Assembly (NCBI GenBank): GCA_964016885.1
Contig: OZ024744.1
Location: forward strand, 117,242,001-117,306,000
Direction: 5' to 3'
DNA: 64,000 bases
Source: Eledone cirrhosa
Lineage: Eukaryota
Position numbers and translations under genes: made by a program. The stretch's first letter is position 1. Each line of letters begins with the position of its first letter. The notes beneath the pieces are model-generated. The model saw nothing but the letters and a program-made list of their open reading frames with translations. It did no database searches and was not told the DNA's origin. Positions 12,698 to 23,755 of this stretch are shown in pieces.

Positions 12698-12965
12698 TGG
12701 CGTGTGGTTGAGTGGTTAGAGAATTGGATTCGCAATCGTAAGGTTGTGAGTTCGATTCCTGGACCAGGCGATGCGTTATGTCCTTGAGCAAGACACTTTA
12801 TTTCACGTTGCTCCTTCTACCTGGAGTTGCGACCGATAGATAGTATTAGCAATTGGAAAGACCAACGGAAACATTGTTCCCTCGGTCCGATTTGACGAAA
12901 GTCGATCGTTCCTTTATATTTATATCTGTATTTTTGACCGTTGGTCAGTCAGTGGTAAACATTAA
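12698..12965 (+). mobile_element. tRNA-derived SINE (source family of the 95-bp array unit)
   Basis: TGGTTGAGTGG, GTGAGTTCGATTCC, TCCTTGAGCAAGACACTTTATTTCAC, then GGAGTTGCGACCGATAGATAGTATTAGCAATTGGAAAGACCAACGGAAACATTG. Confidence 0.75.
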
Positions 12966-13104
12966 TTGCCAGATATATTAACTATGGAGATATAAAAGAT
13001 ACAGAAACGAAAACCAATCAAGCAGTGATTGTGTTCTGTTATTATTTCTGGCAATATTATTACAACGATATGACTCTCCCCAAGTATAACAATATATATA
13101 TATA

Positions 13105-13497
13105 TGAAGGCACATGGCTTAGGGGTTAGATCATTGGCCTTGCAATCGAAAGGTTGTGAGTTCAATTCTCAGACCGGGTGATGTGTTGTTTCCTTGAGCA
13201 AGACACTTTATTTCACATTGCTCCAGTTTTCTCAGCTGTAGAAATGAGATGATAGGGACTGGGGTCCCTATCATTCCACTATAAAGTGGTCGTGGAGGTG
13301 CCACGGCAAAAAAGCACCCAGCCCACACTGTAAAGTGGACGTGTAGGCGCCACGGAAAAAAGCACCCAGCACTCACTGTAAATGAGGTTGGTGTTAGAAA
13401 GGGCATCCAGCTGTAGAAATCAAGCCAGAATCAGTTCCCGTCCCACTCTTGCAAGCAGGGAAAAAGCGGACGTAAAATGAGGAAAATGATGATGATA
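13105..13497 (+). mobile_element. tRNA-derived SINE with RTE-LINE-like tail
   Basis: A/B boxes, CCTTGAGCAAGACAC core, tail TTGCAAGCAGGGAAAA..GGACGTAAAATGA(TGA)n; has an internal duplication of the 48-bp segment. Confidence 0.88.
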
Positions 13498-13501
13498 TAT
13501 A

Positions 13502-13680
13502 TAATTGTTTCTACTTTAGGAACAAGGCCAGCAATTGTCCCAGTGCATTACTGGTACTTTATTTTATCAACCCCGTAAGGATGAAAGGCAAAGTCAACCT
13601 CGGCGGGATTTGAACTCATCGTAAAGGGACGCAACTATGCTGTAAAGCATGGCGTCCGACCCTCTACCGATACTGCCAAA
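13502..13680 (-). mobile_element. Nin/Deu-type SINE
   Basis: Reverse complement of 8208-8396 family. Confidence 0.85.
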
Positions 13681-14184
13681 TATATAATGTCATAGTGTTT
13701 TAGTTATTGGGTGTCTCATCGTTAGTTGTTGTTATTTAGTCCCCCCCCCTCTACCCTCAAGCAGACACCTATGGCTCAAAGGTGTTCCAACCATGACCTT
13801 CCATGTCTTTTTAGTGTTATGTAGGAGTATATTATCTGATGTGTTCTTTCCTAATTAAGGGTGTGATTAGAGCGAGACAGAGAGAGAGAAAGACAGAGAC
13901 AGAGAGAGCGAGAGAGAGATAGTTTTGTTGCTGCTATCACTTAGTGTCATGTTTGCTTAAGAAGGTGTATTTACTTAACTAGACCAATTGTAGAAGCTTT
14001 AGAAGCTGTCTCCAACTCTGCAACATGTCTGCTTCCATTTTGTCTGGGTATTCAAGTGCAATTTCTCTCATAATTTCTGTCTGTGTCCCTAAATTTTTCA
14101 TTTTATTATTTTTTTACTGTATCTGATTCTGATTTATTTAATTTGGCATATGTTGCCTCCCAGTAGACACTTAAATGAAATGAA

Positions 14185-14745
14185 ATTTACAACTCCCACC
14201 TATGGAAATTTAGCAGGCCTCCTGTAATGTTGCATTTCATAATAGGTTTCTTGGGTGTTTTAATGATAGGGGCCCAGTCCAATTTTTAATGAAAGGTGTT
14301 CTTGTGTTCTTACAGCTCCCACCTATGGAAGTTTAGCTTGCCTCCTACCAGTGTACATCTCATAGTAGTTTTCTTGGGCGTTTTCATGATAGGGATCCCA
14401 GTGCTAACATGAATAGCAATGTCCCACATGGTCTGGGATTTGAATCCATGGTTCATAAATCTAACATCCTAACCACCACACTCCTTCATACTTATAAAGT
14501 TTAGCTGGCCTCTCAGTAGGCTTCTTAAGTGTTTTAATGATATCACAAAAAGTCATATCATAGCTACTAACTCTCACACACATACACACTCCACTATATA
14601 TGTTGTTGTTATAGCTCACACCTATGTAGGCTTAACTGGCCTTCTATGAAGTTGCATCACGTACGAGGTATCTTATAGTATTTAAATGATAGCAACCTAG
14701 TTCTATCATGAAAAGCAATGTGAAATGAAGCATCTTGCTTAAGGA
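14185..14745. repeat. degenerate copies of the ~103-bp unit seen at 22905-23318
   Basis: CCCACCTATGGAA.TTTAGC...GTTTCTTGGGTGTTTTAATGATAGGG recurs about four times. Confidence 0.6.
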
Positions 14746-15112
14746 CACAATGTTTAATAATAATTAGAATAGTTTCACCATTTGGCAACACATCTTTACT
14801 TCATTGCTAACATTCAGTTAACACTATAGAATCATTCTTCTACATTGTATATTTTCATGAAGGTTTGTTAAATCTATCAATATTTAATTCTACAGCAAAA
14901 AATAATGGATGTCCTTTTATGTTCTGAGTTCAAATCCTGCTGAGATTAGCTTTGCTTTTCAAATTCTTATAGGGTTAATACAATGAAGTACTAGTAATGA
15001 ACTAGGGTTGATTGTAATTGACTTACTCCTTCCCTAAAAATTGTTGGCTTTGTGCCTAAATCAGAAACCATTATATACAGCACTGTTCTGTTAAACAATG
15101 GGTTGCTGATGG

Positions 15113-15756
15113 TGGATAGTGAGATGTGGCCACCAGATGTAGAGGTATGGCACCAGATGTAATATATGTTGCTGATAGTGAGATATGGCCACCAGATGTA
15201 ATATATGTTGTAGATAGTGAGATATGGCCACCAGATGTAGTTATATATGTTGTAGATAGCTTACATATGGCCACCAGATGTAGTTATATATGTTGTAGAT
15301 AGGGAGGTATGGCCAGCAGATGTAGTTATATATGTTGTAGATAGTGCGATATGGCCACCAGATGTAGTTATATATGTTGTAGATAGGGAGGTATGGCCAC
15401 CAGATGTAGTTATATATGTTGTAGATAGTGAGGTATGGCCACCAGATGTAGTTATATATGTTGTAGATAGGGAGGTATGGCCACCAGATGTAGTTATATA
15501 TGTTGTAGATAGTGAGATATGGCCACCAGATGTAGTTATATAGGTTGTAGATAGGGAGGTATGGCCACCAGATGTAAAGGTATGACCACCAGATGTAGTT
15601 ATATATACACTAGACAGTTGTAAACAACTGGCCATATCTCACTATCTACAACATATATAACTCTACATCTGGTGGCCATATCTCACTATCTGTAACATAT
15701 ATTACATCTGGTGGCCATATCTTACTATCTACAACATATATTACATCTGATGACCA
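15113..15756. repeat. 42-bp minisatellite with an inverted terminal block
   Basis: TATGGCCACCAGATGTAGTTATATATGTTGTAGATAG forward to ~15610, reverse-complement copies 15628-15756. Confidence 0.9.
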
Positions 15757-15812
15757 GTAATTTATTAATTTATGTGTAGACTTTTGTTATAAGATTGTTA
15801 ATAGATGCACCT

Positions 15813-16010
15813 TTGATGTTGTTGTTACTGTTGTTGTTGTTGTAGTTACTGTTATTGTTACTGTTGTTGTTACTGTTGTTGTTACTGTTGTTGTTGTAGT
15901 TGTTACTGCTGTTGTTGTTGTAGTTGTTACTGCTGTTGTAGTTGTTGTTGTTGTTGTTGTTGTCGCTGCTGCTGCTGCTGTTGGTGTTGTTGTTGTTGTT
16001 GTTGTTGTTT
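15813..16010. repeat. (GTT)n microsatellite
   Basis: Direct inspection. Confidence 0.9.
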
Positions 16011-16345
16011 CTCTTCTCAGAAATAAACAATATCAAATAACAAATCCCAAAATAAGAAGAAATCAAAACAATTCTGTTACAGCTTCTATCCCTGTTACAG
16101 ACCTTAAATTGCTGTTTGTTGGAAGCATTCCAAATAATTTCTTAAATGGCACAAAATGAACAACTGCTCTCAGCTCTTGACTAATGCACCCACTCCTTGC
16201 TTATTAATTTTTCAGACCCCCCCCCCCCCCCCTTCCTTATTTAATTGCTCTAATCTATCTCTGGCAAAATTTTGATTCATATTGATACAGCAGCTGGAGA
16301 ATCTAATAATTATTTTATTTTACATTAAAAAACACTCTCCAAAAA

Positions 16346-17112
16346 ATTGAGAGATCACAGCTCTGATACTATGTACATGTGGCTAGAATGTCTCAGGAAA
16401 GAATCTCTGTATTGAGAGATCACAGCTATGATACTATGACATGTGGCTAGAATGTCTCAGAAAAGAATCTCTGAATTGAGACATCACAGCTCTGAGACTA
16501 TTACATGTGGTTAGAATGTCTCAGGAAAGAATCTCTAAATTGAGAGATCACATCTTTGATACTATGACATGAGGTTAGAATGTCTCAGGAAAGAATCTCT
16601 AAATTGAGAGATCACATCTTTGATACTATGACATGTGGCTAGAATGTCTCAGAAAAGAATCTCTGAATTGAGACATCACAGCTCTGATACTATGACATCT
16701 GGTTAGAATGTCTCAGGAAAGAATCTCTGAATTGAGAGATCACAGCTCTGATACTATGACATGTAGTTAGAATGTCTCAGGAAAGAATCTCTGAATTGAG
16801 AGATCACAGCTCTGATACTCTGATATGTGGTTAGAATGTCTCAGGAAAGAATCTCTGGATTGAGAGATCACAGCTCTGATACTATGACATGTGGTTAGAA
16901 TGTCTCGGGAAAGAATCTCTGTATTGAGAGACCACAGCTCTGATACTATGATATGTGGTTAGAATGTCTCAGGAAAGAATCTCTGAATTGAGAGATCACA
17001 GCTCTGATACTATGACATGAGGTTAGAATGTCTCAGGAAATAATCTCTGTATTGAGAGATCACAGCTCTGATACTATGATATGTGGTTAGAATGTCTCAG
17101 GAAAGAATCTCT
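16346..17112 (+). repeat. 64-bp minisatellite, ~12 copies, from RTE-like LINE coding sequence
   Basis: ATTGAGAGATCACAGCTCTGATACTATGACATGTGGTTAGAATGTCTCAGGAAAGAATCTCTG; 64-bp period (16731, 16795). Confidence 0.95.
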
Positions 17113-17320
17113 GGACATATTTTACAGGTGAAACCAATTGGCTAGAGACCCAGGGGTAGACCCCGAGCAAGATGGTTGGATAACATCGATGATCTTGGCT
17201 GGTCTCACTTGGGGATCCAGCTGGATCAGTTGGGGATGGTTGCTTGTGACAGGACTCACAGGGAGTCTTTGAGGGCTCTACTCCCATGACCCTCTCAGGA
17301 ATAAGTGTGCAAAAAAGAAG
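17113..17320 (+). mobile_element. RTE-like LINE 3' end continuing from the 64-bp array
   Basis: HILQVKPIG*RPRGRPRARWLDNIDDLGWSHLG, homologous to 4787-5000. Confidence 0.75.
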
Positions 17321-17911
17321 AAAAAAGATTAGAAAACATATATGACAAAAAAAGAACATTAAAAGAAATCCCATATTTACAAAAGTACTCCATACAATTA
17401 TCGATTTCCTAACCACCCTCCGCTTATAAGAATTTAAATAGATGCCCCACACCCCCCACTATTATTTTGGACCCGAGTGTACAATAAGATATTGTTCTGG
17501 GTTTTTATTTTGTTCGGTTTATTGATAATCAACATCTTCATAATTACTCTTGTTATCAGCTTACGTTAGTTTTTTTCCATACTTGTGTGGGTTTGATAGG
17601 TCATTTTCTCGTGGTAATAAAACATTTTGAACTTTTCTCCATTATCTTCTTTCTCTGGTCACCGTGCTTTTGGAATACCCTCCTCCACTGTTAATTAGGG
17701 GTCAGGTTACTTATAATACCAACAGAAGCTATCAACTACTTCTAGAGAGAATTCCAAGCATATGAAAGGAATTTATTTCTTTGGTATTTTACTGATTGCT
17801 CTTGCACAGTTGCTTATATGAAGAATTATATGAAACGGCCCGATACAAATCGGACCATTTGTTTTCAAATGAATCAAACATTATAATGTTCGATATACCC
17901 CATACGTACAT

Positions 17912-18345
17912 ATCATCATCATCATCATCATACATCTGCTTTTCCCTGCTTGCAAGGGTGGGACTGATCCTATTCAGCACAGCATCTCTCCACCTGTCAC
18001 GGTCCTTCGTCATCTCCTCTGTGAGCTTCAGCGATCTGAGGTCTGCTCTCACCACCTCCGCCCATGTTTTTCGTGGTCTTCTTCTACTACGTCTTCCTTC
18101 TACTGGGATTTCTTGGCTCTTCTTTACCCAGCGGTCATCCTCCATGCACATCACATGTCCATACCATCGCACACTACAACTTATCCCTCTCAGACACAGT
18201 TTCTCTCTCAACACATCCATGCTTGGTCGTTCATACACATTAACATTGCACATCCAATGGAGCATACTTGCTTCATATCCTCTGCAGTTGCTGCCCATGT
18301 CTCACTACCATGCAGCATCACGCACCTCACACAGGCATCATATAA
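17912..18345 (-). mobile_element. RTE LINE 3' fragment
   Basis: RWYGHVMCMEDDRWVKK..RPRKTWAEVVR; (GAT)n tail; close to 57443-57900. Confidence 0.9.
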
Positions 18346-18347
18346 CT

Positions 18348-18723
18348 GGCCTTATATACTCAAATATAAGCCAAGGAATATGTGACTGGTGGGTGCTTAT
18401 ATTTGGGGCCAATATTTTGACAATTTCCACCAACTTCAAATTCTACGTAAATAAAATTTCTCAGACATAAAATTGTGGGGTCAGCTTATATTTCAGTATA
18501 TATTATATAAAGGTTAGGGGTTTGTCCCTTTCTCAGACATAAAATAGTGGGGTCAGCTTATATTTCAGTATATACTATATAAAGGTTGGGGGTTTGTCCC
18601 TTTCTCAGACATAAAATAGTGGGGTCAGCTTATATTTCAGTATATACTATATAAAGGTTGGGGGTTTGTCCCTTTCTCAGACATAAAATAGTGGGGTCAG
18701 CTTATATTTCAGTATATACAGTA
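18348..18723. mobile_element. Tc/pogo-type MITE whose right end is repeated as a 72-bp array (~3.5 copies)
   Basis: Left TATATACTCAAATATAAGC and right GCTTATATTTCAGTATATACAGTA are inverted; ATAAAATAGTGGGG at 18539, 18611, 18683. Confidence 0.65.
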
Positions 18724-18951
18724 AGTTTACAAGACAAATACACAACAAGTGTAGTTTTTCCAAAGAATCCTTGTTCTTTAAAATCCCCTGGTCTATGCCC
18801 TCTACACATCCCCAAATCACTACCTTTCCCATCAGAAAACATAAATACAACCGTTTTACAAGAACAGTTGACTTACCTGATGATTTCTTTTGAATGAAAC
18901 AGTTCTAGTCATGAAGAAGCCATTTCTTTTTTAAACATGATATATATATAT

Positions 18952-19921
18952 ATCTATATATCTAAAACAGAGAATGTCTGTCTGTCTGACTCCTTAAAAC
19001 GCGAGAACCACCCAACCGATTGTTTTCAAACTTTATACATGTAATACTTATGGTCCTGTGAGTGTTTCAAGCAAAGAAAATTCAAATTTTCAATGCCCTA
19101 GGAACTGCATTAGGCGATTTAGCGATCTCTCACTAGAATTCTTAGTCTTTCTTTTTAGATAGATACATAGATATAACGTTGCACTCTTATAAAATCTGTC
19201 TCTATATCTGGCTGTCTGCATTACGTCATTATGACGTCGCTATCTGTGTGTGTGTGTGTATATATGTACGTATAGTGTGTATATATATATATATAACTAG
19301 CAGTGGTACGGGATAAGGTATTTTGGAATGCGGGCCGCCAACAGACCTAATCATGGAAAAACTGCATGCCTGGACAATATGTAAAGAAAATAAACCGAAT
19401 ACTCAGATGGCTGGATAATCTTTAAGATTTTCCTCGATGAAGCAGGAAAAATGCAGGTTTTCACCTAATGCAGGGATCAAGAAAATAAATTTTTTTCATG
19501 TGCATAATATGCCTTGAAATTTTGGGAAAATCGGCTAGACGTAATGCCTCCAAAAAGCCCTAAAAAGCTGAAAAAATGAAGTTTTTCACCTAATGCGGAC
19601 CCTAGAAGATCAAAAATATATATGTAGATGTGTAACGTTTTTCAAAATATTTACTTCTGCGTTCACAGATTGATTTTTTTTAGTTTCAGAAGATCCCGTT
19701 AAGGGTGAAAGCAGTGATTCTTTGCTTAAACTTTAATCTGCTATTTTAATATATATGATAATATATTCGTGTACAGATATTTGTGTACAGATATTTTTGC
19801 ATACACAATAACCAAATATAAACAAACGTATTTATTTCACGAGGCTCGATAAGGATAAATATATATCAAATATATAAGAACACTAGAGCAAATCCCGAGC
19901 AATGCCGGGCCATTCTGCTAG
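18952..19921 (+). mobile_element. non-autonomous Helitron
   Basis: 5' TCTATATATCTAAAAC..GTCTGTCTGTCTG; 3' hairpin CCCGAGCAATGCCGGG followed by CTAG; homologous to the RepHel-bearing copy at 38 kb. Confidence 0.72.
19296..19759 (-). mobile_element. second Helitron-like element nested in opposite orientation
   Basis: Minus strand begins TCATATATATTAAAATAGCAG and ends CCCGTACCACTGCTAG; inserted in a (TA)n tract. Confidence 0.55.
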
Positions 19922-20164
19922 TATAACATATTACTGTGTTATAAATATATATATATTTATATTTATAACACAGAATGTGTTATAAATATATATATATATA
20001 TATTTAAAATACATTACTGTGTTATAAATATATATATATTTATAACACAGTAATGTTTTATAAACAGCTCAGAATTTCTTCCTCAACCTTATTTGATTAT
20101 CAGGGAATATTGTGAGATTTTAACTCATCATTTTAATTTTGATATATTTGTATATATATATATA

Positions 20165-20442
20165 ATCATCATCACCATTTAACATCCATTTTTCTATGCT
20201 AGCATGGGTTAGACAGGTTGTCCCATTTAAGACAAGAGAAGTGAGATCAGGTGACTGTCTTGCTCAAACAGAACTGTTTTCTGTGTTGGTTTTTACGGCT
20301 AGATGTCCTTCCTAACACCAACCAGATGTCCTTCCTAACACCAACCAGATGTCCTTCCTAACACCAACCAGATGTCCTTCCTAACACCAACCAGATGTCC
20401 TTCCTAACACCAACCAGATGTGCTTCCTAACACTAACCAGAT
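20165..20442 (-). mobile_element. SINE/LINE tail with a 23-bp tandem expansion (~6 copies)
   Basis: AGATGTCCTTCCTAACACCAACC repeated 20301-20442; complement of SINE segment GGTTGGTGTTAGGAAGGGCATCC. Confidence 0.8.
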
Positions 20443-20884
20443 ATACATTCTATACAATACATGAACAATATCATAAGTAGTTTCGGTTATAATACATCTA
20501 GTTATCTCACTAACCCTTTTGATAGCAACTTGTTTCAAACCAACTCTTAGTTCTCTTATACAAAACTGATTTAAAGTCGTTATCACTTGACATTGAAAGT
20601 CAATTGTAATTAACATTCTAGGTTAATTACATGTTAAACACTTTTAAATTCTCTTTCTTTCCTAATTACAATTACAATTTTAATTTGTAATGTTATGGCA
20701 ATAATTTCTTTTCAAGTCGAGACGGATTTCTCGCAAATATGTGGTTAATTGTTATCGGAGTCTATAGGAGTTAAGGTTGTAGACTTGTATAGACTAGTAT
20801 ATATATATATATATGTGTGTATATACTATACAATACAAGCCTACAACCTTAACTCCTATAGACTCCATCATCATCATCATCATC

Positions 20885-20933
<49 letters not shown>

Positions 20934-20934
20934 A

Positions 20935-21281
20935 GGAGGCACATGGCTTAGTGGTTAGATCATTGGCCTTGCAATCGAAAGGTTGTGAGTTCAATTCTCG
21001 GACCGGGTGGTGTGTTGTTTCCTTGAGCAAGACACTTTATTTCACATTGCTCCAGTTTACTCAGCTGTAGAAATGAGATGATAGGGACTGGGGTCCATAT
21101 CATTCCACTGCAAAGTGGTCGTGGAGGTGCCACGGCAAAAAAGCACCCAGCACTCACTGTAAATGAGGTTGGTGTTAGGAAGGGCATCCAGCTGTAGAAA
21201 TCAATCCAGACTCAGTTCCCGTCCCACCCTTGCAAGCAGGGAAAAGCGGACATAAAATGAAATGATGATGATGATGATGAT
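20935..21281 (+). mobile_element. tRNA-derived SINE with RTE-LINE-like tail
   Basis: Same family as 13105-13497. Confidence 0.9.
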
Positions 21282-21717
21282 ATATATAGGTGGTGAATTG
21301 ACAGAGTCATTGGAACGTCAGATAGAATGCTTTATGGTATTTGTTCCAGCTCTGAGTTCAAATCCCACTGACGTCAAATTTTATCCTTCGAGGTCGATAA
21401 AAAGGTACCAGTCTAGTACTGGGGTTGATACTTCCTCTCTCTGGAAGAAATCTGCTGTACTGAGGCCTGGAGAGGGATGGGCTCCGCCAGCCATAAAATA
21501 TCCTTCCTAACAAGAAACGCTGCATGTCAATATAGCACTCCTACGAGTCTATCAGGCGTAACAGGACCACACATATATATAACATACACATATTCATGCA
21601 CACACACATATATATATATATATATATAGACATACACATGTACTCATATATTTACACAGCTCTCATTGGTCAGACTTATAACACTGTCTTTTCTATATAT
21701 GTATATATATATATAAG

Positions 21718-21945
21718 AGGGAAACGACCCCTTCAGCCACAGTCACAAATGATCACGGAATTTGCACCTAGAAAGTTCTCCTCCGAGGCACAAATCCAAG
21801 CAAGTTGTTTTTGTGGAAGACCAGCAGTCTTCCCATGTATACCAGTCTCCCCTCTTTATGCCACGAATGTTGTATAAAGGGAAAGGTAATGTCTGATACA
21901 GCTTGGTACAGTGACATCACAACTATATATATACTATATATACAA
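21718..21945 (-). mobile_element. SINE body/tail fragment containing one 85-bp-type unit
   Basis: Reverse complement of 4330-4530. Confidence 0.7.
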
Positions 21946-22364
21946 TACATTAACAGAGAAAGCCTTAAGCTATACTCTGACTGGCTTCCATCTCACTCAA
22001 CAAACATTAGGATATACCTTAGTATAATCCCAATTTTACGTTTGGGGTGCTAGCTATATGTATTTTGCGGAAAGCCAGTTGTATTATTTTATATGAGATA
22101 TAATTAAAATTAAAATATATCTCTCTTTCCAAACAATTGTTTCATTATAAGTTTTCTACAAGTTGGGAGAATGTGTCCGGGTTATGTAGAAGCCTGCATA
22201 TCTTTCTGTAAGAACATATGCAGGTGGGCACTTATAAATCATCAGTGGATGCCCGTCAAACATTGATATAAGAAAAATTCTCTTACCAATGTCAAATTTC
22301 ATGTCAGCAATTGTCCCTCTCTGCATCATAATGACCGCCAAATTTGAAATTCCAGCAGTCTCAG

Positions 22365-22570
22365 TATATATATATTATATATGATGTTGTCCAAGAGAAA
22401 GGCAATGGTACAATGATACAGCTTGGCACCAGTGACATCACAACTCATTTCTAGAGCTGAGTAAACTGGAGAAATGGGAAATAAAGTGTCTTGTTCAAGG
22501 ACACAACACATCACCCAGTCTGAGAATTGAACTCACAGCTTCACGATTGCAAGCCCAACACTCTAGCCAT
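22365..22570 (-). mobile_element. tRNA-SINE head plus the segment amplified in the 85-bp array
   Basis: Minus strand GTGAGTTCAATTC..CCTTGAACAAGACAC..GAAATGAGTTGTGATGTCACTGGTGCCAAGCTGTATC. Confidence 0.78.
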
Positions 22571-22904
22571 CTGTGTGTATGTTTTTTTTTTACCTGGGAG
22601 TGAAAGGCCGCCAGTTGTTGTCACAACACCTCTATAAGAGAGGGAAACTCTGAAAAAAAAAAAACATGCAGCTTTGGAAGTATTCGATGATGTTGACCAG
22701 TTCTCCTTTTTGGCTAGTGTTTTTGATGCTCAGTAGGATTGGTCGAGTGCAAGGCCTTTCCCCCATTTAAAAAACCTTCAAAGCACAGGCATTGCTTGTT
22801 CAGGGTATGATACAGGTTCGTGTGGCTTGCTGTAGCTTAAAAGTGCACCATTTTCTGTAATCTGATTGCAATACTCTTAGCAGAGTTTGCCGCCACCATA
22901 TATA

Positions 22905-23318
22905 TAGGGACCTCAGTCCTATCAACACTACACATTGTTGTTACATCTCACACCTATGTAGGTTTAGTTGATCTCCTACAAGGTTGTATCTCATAGGAGG
23001 TTTCTTGGGTGTTTTAATGATAGGGACCCCAGTCCTATCATGTTACATCTCACACCTATGTAGGTTTAGTTGGTCTCCTATAAGGTTGTACCTCATAGGA
23101 GGTTTCTTGGGTGTTTTAATGATAGGGACCCCAGTCCTATCATGTTGTTACATCTCACACCTATGTAGGTTTAGTTGATCTCCTACAAGGTGTATCTCAT
23201 AGAAGGTTTCTTGGGTGTTTTAATGATAGGGACTCCAGTCCTATCATGTTGTAACATCTCACACCTATATAGGTTTAGCTGGTCTCCTACAAGGTTGTAC
23301 CTCATAGGAGGTTTCTGG
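22905..23318. repeat. 102-105-bp tandem repeat, ~4 copies
   Basis: TTACATCTCACACCTATGTAGG at 22941, 23043, 23148; includes GATAGGGACCCCAGTCCTATCA shared (reverse) with the SINE at 13250. Confidence 0.88.
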
Positions 23319-23755
23319 CGTGTGTGTGTGAATGGGGGAGGTGAACCGGCATTTGAACATGTCTGAGTAACTGTGTGTGTATATGTGAATGTATGTTTGA
23401 ATAAGTGTGTGTATGCATTTGAATGTATGTACACTTTCCTGACATCTATACATTATTCTATGTACTATACATGCACCTTTGATGAGTTGTAGTGCACCTG
23501 AGCATTGTACACAATAATTTCATTATTATTATGTTTGAATAAGTGTGTGAGCACATATGAGTGTGCTTGCATGTGTGAGAGAGAGAGCAACAGAGGGGGA
23601 GACAGAGAGGAGAGGAGAGAGATTTTTGTTCTGACTTTTAATTTTTATTAATTTATTTTATCTTTTTATGTATTTTTTAATTGTTTTCTTTTTATAGACT
23701 ATGATATTTTATATTAATTAATCGTTATTCACTTGTAGACAATGATAGATAGATA

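Noticed and set aside
13105-13180. tRNA genes at SINE heads
   Set aside because: A/B boxes continue into SINE cores and tails; no complete cloverleaf or T-run terminator.
15113-15756. CTCF motif array (TGGCCACCAGATG)
   Set aside because: The conserved GC following the core is replaced by TA.
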